Under the pieces are notes generated by a model. It had not been told where the DNA came from, made no database searches, and worked only from the letters and a program-made list of their open reading frames with translations. A stretch of 64,000 nt of DNA, taken from contig OZ024753.1 in the NCBI GenBank assembly GCA_964016885.1, positions 16,492,001 to 16,556,000 of the forward strand, read 5' to 3'. Positions 12,648 to 27,169 of this stretch are shown here, piece by piece. This stretch comes from Eledone cirrhosa (taxonomy: Eukaryota). Each line of letters begins with the position of its first letter. Within the stretch, counting starts at the first letter, position 1. A program made the translations under genes and the position numbers.

Positions 12648-13410
12648 CAATATTATGAAATATACACCCTAAAGATGGCCACAATATTATGAAATATACA
12701 ACCTAAAGATGGCCACAATATTATGAAATATACAACCTAAAGATGGCCACAATATTATGAAATATACACCATAAAGATGGCCACAATATTATGAAATATA
12801 CACCCTAAAGATGGCCACAATATTATGAAATATACACCATAAAGATGGCCACAATATTATGAAATATACACCATAAAGATGGCCACAATATGATGAAATA
12901 TACACCCTAAAGATGACCACAATATTATGAAATATACACCCTAAAGATGGCCACAATATTATGAAATATACACCATAAAGATGGCCACAATATTATGAAA
13001 TATACACCATAAAGATGGCCACAATATTATGAAATATACACCCTAAAGATGACCACAATATTATGAAATATACACCATAAAGATGGCCACAATATTATGA
13101 AATATACACCATAAAGATGGCCACAATATTATGAAATATACACCATAAAGATGGCCACAATATTATGAAATATACACCCTAAAGATGACCACAATATTAT
13201 GAAATATACACCCTAAAGATGGCCACAATATTATGAAATATACACCATAAAGATGGCCACAATATTATGAAATATACACCATAAAGATGGCCACAATATT
13301 ATGAAATATACACCCTAAAGATGACCACAATATTATGAAATATACACCCTAAAGATGGCCACAATATTATGAAATATACAACCTAAAGATGACCACAATT
13401 TTATGAAATA
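12648..13410 (+). repeat. 34-bp minisatellite, variant 1 (~22 units)
   Basis: caatattatgaaatatacaccataaagatggcca. Confidence 0.95.
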
Positions 13411-13554
13411 TCAACCTTATAATATGTCAGTATTGTATGAAATATACTCCACAGTATTATATATGATATACACCATAAAAGGCCACAATACCATAAAGCT
13501 GATTAAAATATTATGTAATATACAGCATGTAATAAGCCACAATTTTATGTAATA

Positions 13555-14454
13555 CTAGCAGAATGGCCCGGCGTTGCTCGGGATTCTAAACATAGATTGG
13601 CATGTTTATCCCGCCTTTCTGAAACAGTTTCGTCGTATGTTCTCCAATTGATGCAGAAGTCCTAATAAAAAGTGAAGTTGCCTTGGGTGAATAGGCAAAT
13701 AATTTTCCATTAAGATTTTTCAAAAGCATGTAATTGCGTTCCCTCTCTTTTATATTGTTGTTTTTGCTGCTGTTGGTGTGATAGCAGCCATTGGCCGTAC
13801 TGCTAACACAGTCTCGTCCTTCTTCAGCCAATCGTGTATATCCCCTTCTGCCTCGTCAGCAATGAGAACAATATTTGCTCTAGGGTTCTTATATATTTGA
13901 TATATATTTATCCTTATCGAGCCTCGTGAAATAAATACGTTTGTTTATATTTTGTTATTGTGAATGCAAAAATATCTGTACACGAATATATAATTATATA
14001 TATATATATATATATATTAAAATAACAGATTAAAGTTTAAGGAAAGAATCGCTGCTTTCACCCTTAACGGGATCTTCTGAAACTAAAAAAAATCAATTTG
14101 TGAACGGAGAAGTAAATATTTCGAAAAACGTTACACACTATATATACATATATACACACACAGATAGTGTCATCATGGCGTAATGCAGACAGCCAGACTT
14201 AAAGACAGATATTATAAGGGCGTGATGTTATATCTATGTATCTATCAAAAAAGACAGACTAAGAAAGAAAGAGAGAGATCGCTGATCGGCGCTTAATGCG
14301 GTCCCCAGGGCATGGGAAATTTGAAATATTCTTTGCTCAAAACACTCACAGGACCATAAGTATTAGATGTGTAAAGTTTCAAAACAATCGGTTGGGTGGT
14401 TCTCGAGTTTTAGGGAGTCAGACCGACAGACATTCTCTGTTTTAAATATATAGA
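13555..14454 (-). mobile_element. Non-autonomous Helitron
   Basis: Minus strand 5'-TC start, subterminal hairpin cccgagcaacgccggg, CTAG-3' end, A|T insertion, no TSD. Confidence 0.85.
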
Positions 14455-14527
14455 TGACACAATATACAACATAAAATAAGGCACAATATTATGAGATGTA
14501 CACCATCGAACAGGCCACAATAAACAC

Positions 14528-17500
14528 TATATTATGAAATATACACCATATAATGAAATATACACCATATAATAGATCACAGTATTATATACACCATATA
14601 ATAGACCACAATATTATGAAATATACACCATATAATAGACCACAATATAATGAAATATACACCATATAATAGACCACAATATAATGAAATATATACCATA
14701 TAATAGACCACAATATAATGAAATATACACCATATAATAGACCACAATATAATGAAATATACACCATATAATACACCACAATATAATGAAATATACACCA
14801 TATAATAGACCACAATATAATGAAATATACACCATATAATAGACCACAATATTATGAAATATACACCATATAATAGACCACAATATAATGAAATATACAC
14901 CATATAATAGACCACAATATAATGAAATATACACCATATAATAGACCACAGTATTATGAAATATACACCATATAATAGACAACAATATAATGAAATATAC
15001 ACCATATAATAGACCACAATATAATGAAATATACACCATATAATAGACCACAATATAATGAAATATACACCATATAATAGACCACAATATAATGAAATAT
15101 ACACCATATAATAGACCAAAATATAATGAAATATACACCATATAATAGACCACAGTATTATGAAATATACACCATATAATAGACCACAATATTATGAAAT
15201 ATACACCATATAATAGACCACAATATAATGAAATATACACCATATAATAGACCACAATATAATGAAATATACACCATATAATAGACCACAATATTATGAA
15301 ATATACACCATATAATAGACAACAATATAATGAAATATACACCATATAATAGACCACAATATTATGAAATATACACCATATAATAGACCACAGTATTATG
15401 AAATATACACCATATAATAGACCACAGTATTATGAAATATACACCATATAATAGACCACAGTATTATGAAATATACACCATATAATAGACCACAATATAA
15501 TGAAATATACACCATATAATAGACCACAATATAATGAAATATACACCATATAATATACCACAGTATTATGAAATATACACCATATAATAGACCACAATAT
15601 AATGAAATATACACCATATAATAGACCACAATATAATGAAATATACACCATATAATGAAATATACACCATATAATAGACCACAATATAATGAAATATATA
15701 CCATATAATAGACCACAGTATTATGAAATATACACCATATAATAGACCACAATATAATGAAATATACACCATATAATAGACCACAATATAATGAAATATA
15801 CACCATATAATAGACCACAATATAATGAAATATACACCATATAATGAAATATACACCATATAATAGACCACAATATTATGAAATATACACCATATAATAG
15901 ACCACAATATAATGAAATATACACCATATAATAGACCACAATATAATGAAATATACACCATATAATAGACCACAATATAATGAAATATACACCATATAAT
16001 ACACCACAATATAATGAAATATACACCATATAATAGACCACAATATAATGAAATATACACCATATAATAGACCACAATATTATGAAATATACACCATATA
16101 ATAGACCACAATATAATGAAATATACACCATATAATAGACCACAATATAATGAAATATACACCATATAATAGACCACAGTATTATGAAATATACACCATA
16201 TAATAGACAACAATATAATGAAATATACACCATATAATAGACCACAATATAATGAAATATACACCATATAATAGACCACAATATAATGAAATATACACCA
16301 TATAATAGACCACAATATAATGAAATATACACCATATAATAGACCAAAATATAATGAAATATACACCATATAATAGACCACAGTATTATGAAATATACAC
16401 CATATAATAGACCACAATATTATGAAATATACACCATATAATAGACCACAATATAATGAAATATACACCATATAATAGACCACAATATAATGAAATATAC
16501 ACCATATAATAGACCACAATATTATGAAATATACACCATATAATAGACAACAATATAATGAAATATACACCATATAATAGACCACAATATTATGAAATAT
16601 ACACCATATAATAGACCACAGTATTATGAAATATACACCATATAATAGACCACAGTATTATGAAATATACACCATATAATAGACCACAGTATTATGAAAT
16701 ATACACCATATAATAGACCACAATATAATGAAATATACACCATATAATAGACCACAATATAATGAAATATACACCATATAATATACCACAGTATTATGAA
16801 ATATACACCATATAATAGACCACAATATAATGAAATATACACCATATAATAGACCACAATATAATGAAATATACACCATATAATGAAATATACACCATAT
16901 AATAGACCACAATATAATGAAATATATACCATATAATAGACCACAGTATTATGAAATATACACCATATAATAGACCACAATATAATGAAATATACACCAT
17001 ATAATAGACCACAATATAATGAAATATACACCATATAATAGACCACAATATAATGAAATATACACCATATAATGAAATATACACCATATAATAGACCACA
17101 ATATTATGAAATATACACCATATAATAGACCACAATATAATGAAATATACACCATATAATAGACCACAATATAATGAAATATACACCATATAATAGACCA
17201 CAATATAATGAAATATACACCATATAATAGACCACAATATTATGAAATATACACCATATAATAGACCACAATATAATGAAATATACACCATATAATAGAC
17301 CACAATATAATGAAATATACACCATATAATAGACCACAATATCATGAAATATACACCATATAATAGACCACAATATAATGAAATATACACCATATAATAG
17401 ACCACAATATAATGAAATATACACCATATAATAGGCCACAATATAATGAAATATACACCATATAATAGACCACAGTATTATGAAATATACACCATATAAT

Positions 17501-20246
17501 AGACCACAATATAATGAAATATACACCATATAATAGACCACAATATAATGAAATATACACCATATAATAGACCACAATATAATTAAATATACACCATATA
17601 ATAGACCACAATATAATGAAATATACACCATATAATACACCACAGTATTATGAAATATACACCATATAATAGACCACAGTATTATGAAATATACACCATA
17701 TAATAGACCACAGTATTATGAAATATACACCATATAATAGACCACAATATAATGAAATATACACCATATAATAGACCACAATATTATGAAATATACACCA
17801 TATAATACACCACAGTATTATGAAATATACACCATATAATAGACCACAGTATTATGAAATATACACCATATAATAGACCACAATATAATGAAATATACAC
17901 AGGAAAATAGACCACAATATTATGAAATATACACCATATAATACACCACAGTATTATGAAATATACACCATATAATAGACCACAATATAATGAAATATAC
18001 ACCATATAATATACCACAGTATTATGAAATATACACCATATAATAGACCACAATATAATGAAATATACACCATATAATAGACCACAATATAATGAAATAT
18101 ACACCATATAATGAAATATACACCATATAATAGACCACAATATAATGAAATATATACCATATAATAGACCACAGTATTATGAAATATACACCATATAATA
18201 GACCACAATATAATGAAATATACACCATATAATAGACCACAATATAATGAAATATACACCATATAATAGACCACAATATAATGAAATATACACCATATAA
18301 TGAAATATACACCATATAATAGACCACAATATTATGAAATATACACCATATAATAGACCACAATATAATGAAATATACACCATATAATAGACCACAATAT
18401 AATGAAATATACACCATATAATAGACCACAATATAATGAAATATACACCATATAATAGACCACAATATTATGAAATATACACCATATAATAGACCACAAT
18501 ATAATGAAATATACACCATATAATAGACCACAATATAATGAAATATACACCATATAATAGACCACAATATCATGAAATATACACCATATAATAGACCACA
18601 ATATAATGAAATATACACCATATAATAGACCACAATATAATGAAATATACACCATATAATAGGCCACAATATAATGAAATATACACCATATAATAGACCA
18701 CAGTATTATGAAATATACACCATATAATAGACCACAATATAATGAAATATACACCATATAATAGACCACAATATAATGAAATATACACCATATAATAGAC
18801 CACAATATAATTAAATATACACCATATAATAGACCACAATATAATGAAATATACACCATATAATACACCACAGTATTATGAAATATACACCATATAATAG
18901 ACCACAGTATTATGAAATATACACCATATAATAGACCACAGTATTATGAAATATACACCATATAATAGACCACAATATAATGAAATATACACCATATAAT
19001 AGACCACAATATTATGAAATATACACCATATAATACACCACAGTATTATGAAATATACACCATATAATAGACCACAGTATTATGAAATATACACCATATA
19101 ATAGACCACAATATAATGAAATATACACAGGAAAATAGACCACAATATTATGAAATATACACCATATAATACACCACAGTATTATGAAATATACACCATA
19201 TAATAGACCACAGTATTATGAAATATACACCATATAATAGACCACAATATAATGAAATATACACCATATAATAGACCACAATATAATGAAATATACACCA
19301 TATAATAGACCACAATATAATGAAATATACACCATATGATAGACCACAATATAATGAAATATACACCATATAATAGACCACAATATAATGAAATATACAC
19401 CATATAATAGACCACAATATTATGAAATATACACCATATAATAGACCACAATATAATGAAATATACACCATATAATAGACCACAATATAATGAAATATAC
19501 ACCATATAATACACCACAGTATTATGAAATATACACCATATAATAGACCACAATATAATGAAATATACACCATATAATAGACCACAATATTATGAAATAT
19601 ACACCATATAATAGACCACAATATAATGAAATATACACCATATAATAGACCACAATATCATGAAATATACACCATATAATAGACCACAATATAATGAAAT
19701 ATACACCATATAATAGACCACAATATAATGAAATATACACCATATAATAGACCACAATATAATGAAATATACACCATATAATAGACCACAGTATTATGAA
19801 ATATACACCATATAATAGACCACAATATTATGAAATATACACCATATAATAGACCACAATATAATGAAATATACACCATATAATAGACCACAATATAATG
19901 AAATATACACCATATAATAGACCACAATATAATGAAATATACACCATATAATAGACCACAGTATTATGAAATATACACCATATAATAGACCACAATATTA
20001 TGAAATATACACCATATAATAGACCACAATATTATGAAATATACACCATATAATAGACCACAATATAATGAAATATACGCCATATAATAGACCACAATAT
20101 TATGAAATATACACCATATAATAGACCACAATATAATGAAATATACACCATATAATAGACCGCAGTATTATGAAATATACACCATATAATAGACCGCAGT
20201 ATTATGAAATATACACCATATAATAGACTACAATATAATGAAATAT
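14528..20246 (+). repeat. 34-bp satellite, variant 2 (~170 units) with 1228-bp higher-order period
   Basis: caatataatgaaatatacaccatataatagacca; rare variants recur 1228 bp apart. Confidence 0.97.
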
Positions 20247-20261
20247 AAGATATAAAACTGA

Positions 20262-21372
20262 ACACAGTGTAAAAACAACATACACAGTGTACTAACAACA
20301 TACACAGCAAACTAACAACATACACAGTGTTCTAACAACATACAGAGCAAACTAACAACATACACAGCAAACTAACAACATACACAGTGTACTAACAACA
20401 TACACAGCAAACTAACAACATACTCCGTGTACTAACAACATACACAGCAAACTAACAACATACACAGTGTACTAACAACATACACAGTGTGCTAACAACA
20501 TACACTGCAAACTAACAACATACACAGCAAACTAACAACATACAGAGTGTACTAACAACATACACAGCAAACTAACAACATACAGAGTGTACTAACAACA
20601 TACACAGCAAACTAACAACATGCACAGTGTACTAACAACATACACAGCAAACTAACAACATACACAGTGTAATAACAACATACACAGCAAACTAACGACA
20701 TACACAGTGTACTAACAACATACACAGTGTACTAACAACATACACAGCAAACTAACAACATACAGAGCAAACTAACAACATACACAGCAAACTAACAACA
20801 TACACAGAAAACTAACAACATACACAGTGTACTAACAACATACACAGCAAACTAACAACATACACAGTGTACTAACAATATACACAGCAAACTAACAACA
20901 TATACAGTGTTCTAACAACATACACAGCAAACTAACAACATACACAGCAAATTTACAACATACACAGTGTACTAACAGCATACACAGTAAAATAAAAACA
21001 TACACAGTAAACTAACAACATACACAGCAAATTTACAACATACACAGTGTACTAACAACATACACAGTAAACTAACAAAATACACAGTAAACTAACAACA
21101 TACACAGTGTACTAACAACATACACAGCAAACTAACAACATACACAGTGTACTAACAACATACACAGCAAACTAACAACATACACAGTGTACTAACAACA
21201 TACACAGCAAACTAACAACATACACAGCAAACTAACAACATACACAGTGTACTAACAAAATACACAGCAAACTAACAACATACACAGCAAACTAACAACA
21301 TACACAGCAAACTAACAAAATACACAGTAAACTAACAACATACTCAGCAAATTTACAACATACACAGCAAAC
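20262..21372 (+). repeat. 20-bp minisatellite (~55 units), two interleaved variants
   Basis: actaacaacatacacag-caa / -tgt. Confidence 0.95.
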
Positions 21373-21699
21373 GAGAATTAAAATCATTTTGTCCAAACAT
21401 AAATCAATAATTACAATTCAATACTATATACCTGGAAACCTGTATTTCTGATGAAAGTGATTGATATGAGGTGGGGGGGGGGAGAATATTACAAAAAAAG
21501 AAAAAGATAAATAAACAAATAAAAATAAAAATACAGTAAATCATAACCCCCCCCCCTTCTCTCAAAATATCAAAGAAAAAAACATTAGCAAAAGAAACGA
21601 TTTTATTGGAGGTGGGTGTGTGTGTGTGGGGGGGGCTAATGATTTTCACTGGTGTTGGACATTGGGGTGTGTGGTAAGGGTGTGGGAGTATGTATGTGT

Positions 21700-23403
21700 G
21701 TGGTAAGTGTGTGTATGTGGTACATGTGTGTGTATGTGTGGTAAGTGTGTACATGTGTGTGTGGTACATGTGTGTGTGGTACATGTATGTGTGGTACATG
21801 TGTGTGTGGTACATATGTGTGTGTGGTACATGTGTGTGTAGTACATGTGTGTGTGATACATGTATGTGTGGTACATGTGTGTGTGGTACATATGTGTGTG
21901 GTACATGTGTGTGGTGCATGTGTGTGTGCTACATGTATGTGTGGTACATGTGTGTGGTACATCTGTGTGTGTTACATGTGTGTGTGGTACATGTGTGTGT
22001 GGTACATGTATGTGTGGTACATGTGTGTGTAGTACATGTGTGTGTGGTACATGTATGTGTGGTACATGTGTGTGTGGTACATCTGTGTGTGTTACATGTG
22101 TGTGTGTGGTACATGTGTGTGTGGTACATGTATGTGTGGTACATGTGTGTGTGGTACATGTGTGTGTGGTACATGTATGTGTGGTATATGTGTGTGTGGT
22201 ACATGTGTGTGTGATACATGTGTGGTACATATATGTGTGGTACATGTGTGTGTGGTACACATGTGTGTGTGTGGTACATGTATGTGTGGTACATGTATGT
22301 GTGGTACATGAGTATGGTACATGTGTGTGGTGCATGTGTGTGTGCTACATGTATGTGTGGTACATGTGTGTGTGGTACATCTGTGTGTGGTACATGTGTG
22401 TGTGGTACATGTGTGTGTGGTACATGTATGTGTGGTACATGTGTGTGTGGTACATGTGTGTGTGGTACATGTATGTGTGGTATATGTGTGTGTGGTACAT
22501 GTGTGTGTGATACATGTGTGGTACATATATGTGTGGTACACATGTGTGTGTGTGGTACATGTATGTGTGGTACATGTATGTGTGGTACATGTGTGTGGTA
22601 CATCTGTGTGTGTTACATGTGTGTGTGGTACATGTGTGTGTGGTACATGTATGTGTGGTACATGTGTGTGTAGTACATGTGTGTGTGGTACATGTATGTG
22701 TGGTACATGTGTGTGTGGTACATCTGTGTGTGTTACATGTGTGTGTGTGGTACATGTGTGTGTGGTACATGTATGTGTGGTACATGTGTGTGTGGTACAT
22801 GTGTGTGTGGTACATGTATGTGTGGTATATGTGTGTGTGGTACATGTGTGTGTGATACATGTGTGGTACATATATGTGTGGTACATGTGTGTGTGGTACA
22901 CATGTGTGTGTGTGGTACATGTATGTGTGGTACATGTATGTGTGGTACATGTATGTGTGGTACATGTGTATGGTACATGTGTGTGGTTCATGTGTGTGTG
23001 CTACATGTATGTGTGGTACATGTGTGTGTGGTACATCTGTGTGTGTTACATGTGTGTGTGGTACATGTGTGTGTGGTACATGTATGTGTGGTACATGTGT
23101 GTGTGGTACATGTGTGTGTGGTACATGTATGTGTGGTATATGTGTGTGTGGTACATGTGTGTGTGATACATGTGTGGTACATATATGTGTGGTACACATG
23201 TGTGTGTGTGGTACATGTATGTGTGGTACATGTATGTGTGGTACATGTGTGTGGTACATGTGTGGTACATGTGTGTGTGGTACATGTGTGGTACATGTGT
23301 GTGTGGTACATGTGTGTGTAGTACATGTGTGTGTCGTACATGTATGTGTGGTACATGTGTGTGTGGTACATGTATGTGTGGTACATGTGTGTGTGGTACA
23401 TGT
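21700..23403 (+). repeat. ~15-bp minisatellite GTGGTACATGTGTGT
   Basis: Direct reading; VVHVC periodicity in ORFs. Confidence 0.95.
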
Positions 23404-23468
23404 CTGTTGGTTTTCACTTCAGTTCATTATAAATTTCCAGCTGGTTGGTTGGTTCGATAACTGGATGG

Positions 23469-23570
23469 TTAAGCTCTTTCGTCACACATTCTGTGACCTC
23501 TTCAGTGACTAGGTTTTTTTTGTGTCTCTCCTGTGTTCTGTCCTACGCCATCTTGTTTTTGTGTGTTGTG
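23469..23570 (-). mobile_element. Degenerate HHR-like element family H (second copy ~6958-7062)
   Basis: tagtca CTGAAGA g gtcac agaatgt gtgac GAAA gagc TT; shared flank tgttctgtccta. Confidence 0.5.
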
Positions 23571-23859
23571 TGTTGTGTCTTCAGTGTGCACATGCATTAC
23601 ATCAGGGTGTGTGTGTGTTTATTTAGTTATTTATCTGTTTATTTACTTGTCACTAGTTGATGGTTTGTCCTATCTGTGTGTCTGATTTATTTAATTAGTT
23701 TGGTTCTTCTGTGTGTCTGTATGTCTTCATTTTGTCCTTAATTACTAGTTGTGATGCTGCTATTCCACTCATGTTTTCTGTTTAATTTTGGATGGAGTTC
23801 CTTTATATTTGTTGCCTCTGTGATTTGTCTGAGCATTGCATCTTTTCTGTGTGTGGATT

Positions 23860-24427
<568 letters not shown>

Positions 24428-24817
24428 GGAAAGTTATATTTAAATTGTTGGGTTACAACTAGTAAATATTTATAACTGATATAAAAGCACTCAACAAGTA
24501 TCATTGATACGTCATTCAACGGATGTTCAACTACCTACTTTTCTCTATATATATCTATCTCTATCTATTTCCTCTCTCTATATATCTCTCTCTGTTTCTT
24601 TACATGAAGTTCTTCTCTTTATCTATCTTTCCATCTCTCTATTTTGTTGCATGCATTTCTTCTTTTTCTTCGTTTTCTTTCTTTCTTTCCTTCTTTCTTT
24701 CCTTCTTTCTTTCTTTCTTTCTGTTTACAATTTTTCACTGCCAAATCAACTTTTTCAAATACAAGTCGATGTTGAACGGTATGTCAAATCTATTTATCTA
24801 TAAAACTGTCTATATTG

Positions 24818-24883
24818 TATTTTGTCTGAAGAAGGCATAACATATTGTTAATATGATATCCCTGAAATATATATAATGAAATA
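24818..24883 (+). ncRNA. Type-I hammerhead ribozyme (G), in element ~24427-24926
   Basis: tattttgt CTGAAGA aggcataacatat tgtta atatgatatccct GAAA tatata TA atgaaata. Confidence 0.75.
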
Positions 24884-24923
24884 AATATGGTTTTATAAAT
24901 ATAGTTTCCATTTATTTAATATC

Positions 24924-24995
<72 letters not shown>

Positions 24996-25025
24996 ATATA
25001 TTTATATGTATGTATATATATATGT

Positions 25026-26735
25026 TGGGAGAAAGACAGTCTCCCCCATATCGACCCAATAGAGGGACCAGCAGTGTTAGTCGAGGGGAGTATAATAAGT
25101 AAGGCAATCAAGGATATGAAGACGGGTAAGGCGGCTGGGCCTTCGGAAATAGTTGCTGAGATGCTGAAGGCATCTGGCACGGTGGGACACACCATGGTCA
25201 CCCGCATAGTTAACCAAGTCGTACAGAATGGGGTTGTTCCGAAGGACTGGCATAGCAGCATCATCGTTAACTGTTATAAGGGTAAAGGAGACGCCCTAGA
25301 TAGGAGTAACTATAGAGGCATTAAATTAATCGACCAGGTCATGAAGGTCACGGAAAAAGTAATAGCGCAACTAATCAGAGAGAGAATTGACCTAGATGAA
25401 ATGCAGTTCGGGTTTGTGTCAGGCAAAAGTACCACAGACGCTCTTTTCATAGTACGACAACTACAGGAGAAGTACCTAGCTAAAGGTAAACCCCTCTACT
25501 TAGCTTTTGTCGACTTGGAGAAAGCCTTCGACAGAGTCCCCCGCTCCATTATCTGGTGGGCTCTTAGAAAACTAGGCGTTGACGAATGGCTTGTGAGGGC
25601 TATACAAGCCATGTATAAAGAAACAGTCAGCAAGGTTAGAATTAACAACGAATATAGTGAAGAGTTTAGCGTAAAAGTTGGCGTCCATCAGGGCTCTGTT
25701 CTCAGCCCACTACTATTTATTATTGCCCTTCAGGCTATAACAGAGGAGTTCAAGACAGGCTGCCCATGGGAACTCCTATACGCAGACGACCTGACACTCA
25801 TAGCGGAATCAATGGCCGAGCTAGAGAAGAAATTCCAAACATGGAAGCACGGCCTAGAGTCAAAAGGACTTAAAATTAACCTGGCTAAGACCAAAGTACT
25901 AGTTTGTAGGAAAGAAAACAAGGCGGCGGTCCCTTCTGGGAAATGGTCGTGCTCGGTGTGTAGGAAAGGCGTAGGTAGAAACTCCATTTTATGTCCTAAA
26001 TGCAAAGTATGGGTGCATAAAAGATGTAGTGGGATCACAGGTAAGCTAACTAAGAACATAGATTTTACATGTGGCCGGTGCTCTGGTGCAATAAGTAGCA
26101 GCAAGTGCCCACAAAATACTAGCTCTTTCAATTGCGCAGAGGGTTCTATAGAAATAGTGGACAACTTCCGTTACCTGGGCGATAAAATCAGCAGTGGGGG
26201 AGGGTGCTCTGAAAGTACTGTAGCTAGAGTCAGAACTGGTTGGAAAAAGTTCAGAGAGCTTATACCACTCTTAGCTGCTAAAGGGTTCTCACTAAAAATG
26301 AAAGGCAGGTTGTACGATGCCTGCATACGAACAGCAATGCTGCATGGCAGTGAGACCTGGGCATTGTGTGCAGAGGATATACGCAGACTAGAGAGGAACG
26401 AAGCTTGCATGCTCCGCTGGATGTGTAACAGTAATATACGTGAACGGCAAAGCATAAACGAACTAAGGAAAAAATTAGAGATAAGAGGGATCAGATGTTG
26501 TTTACTCGAGAGAAGGCTACGTTGGTATGGACACGTGATGCGCATGAAAGTCGATAGCTGTATAACAAAGTGCAGGGCAATAAAGATAGACGGTAGTCAC
26601 GGAATAGGCAGACCTAGAAAAACCTGGGGCGAGCTGATAAACTCCGACATCACACACTTACACCTCTCCAAGACAATGTCACTGGACCAAGACCTTTGGC
26701 GGTACTCAGTAACAGAGAAGACCCGCCTTACCTAA
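25026..26735 (+). CDS. RTE-clade reverse transcriptase, 5'-truncated, frame open, with PHD-like insert
   Basis: YRGIKL, QFGF, FVDLEKAFDRV, GVHQGSVLSPLLF, YADD, YLG, RLRWYGHV; first 22 aa of the listed ORF are microsatellite. Confidence 0.92.
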   Translation, partial: WEKDSLPHIDPIEGPAVLVEGSIISKAIKDMKTGKAAGPSEIVAEMLKASGTVGHTMVTRIVNQVVQNGVVPKDWHSSIIVNCYKGKGDALDRSNYRGIKLIDQVMKVTEKVIAQLIRERIDLDEMQFGFVSGKSTTDALFIVRQLQEKYLAKGKPLYLAFVDLEKAFDRVPRSIIWWALRKLGVDEWLVRAIQAMYKETVSKVRINNEYSEEFSVKVGVHQGSVLSPLLFIIALQAITEEFKTGCPWELLYADDLTLIAESMAELEKKFQTWKHGLESKGLKINLAKTKVLVCRKENKAAVPSGKWSCSVCRKGVGRNSILCPKCKVWVHKRCSGITGKLTKNIDFTCGRCSGAISSSKCPQNTSSFNCAEGSIEIVDNFRYLGDKISSGGGCSESTVARVRTGWKKFRELIPLLAAKGFSLKMKGRLYDACIRTAMLHGSETWALCAEDIRRLERNEACMLRWMCNSNIRERQSINELRKKLEIRGIRCCLLERRLRWYGHVMRMKVDSCITKCRAIKIDGSHGIGRPRKTWGELINSDITHLHLSKTMSLDQDLWRYSVTEKTRLT

Positions 26736-27137
26736 ATATATAGTAAAACCTACTCCAGCCAGTAGGCATCTCTAACAAAATACACCCCGTCCCACCACCA
26801 CCACCCCCACCCCATCCACACCACCCCGTTCTATGTAAAGTTATGTTGGTGCCGCGCCATCGAGGCCGAAACAAATGAGATCGTGTAGGTGTCACGACAA
26901 AAAAACACACAGTCCACGCTGTAATGTGGCCGTGTAGGCAACACGGTAAAAACCTCCCAGACCCACACTGTAAATGTGGTTGGTGTTAGGAAGGGCATCC
27001 AACTGTAGAAAACCTGCCAGACAGACCTATGCGAGCAAGACAATCACTCTTGCCTCAAGTGGGACTACCCCCGTCCAAACCCATGCAAGCGTGGAACACG
27101 GACGTTAAACGTTGATGATGATGATGATGATGATGAT
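25026..27137 (+). mobile_element. RTE LINE, 5'-truncated, in (AT)n
   Basis: RT ORF, 3' UTR and (GAT)n tail. Confidence 0.93.
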
Positions 27138-27169
27138 ATATACATATATATATACATATATACATCATA

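Noticed and set aside
14577-20325. Hydrophobic repeat ORFs resembling membrane proteins
   Set aside because: Reverse translation of the 34-bp satellite
21449-21470. CTGATGA as HHR core (also ~662 and 13823-13859 on -)
   Set aside because: No stem II followed by GAAA and no stem I
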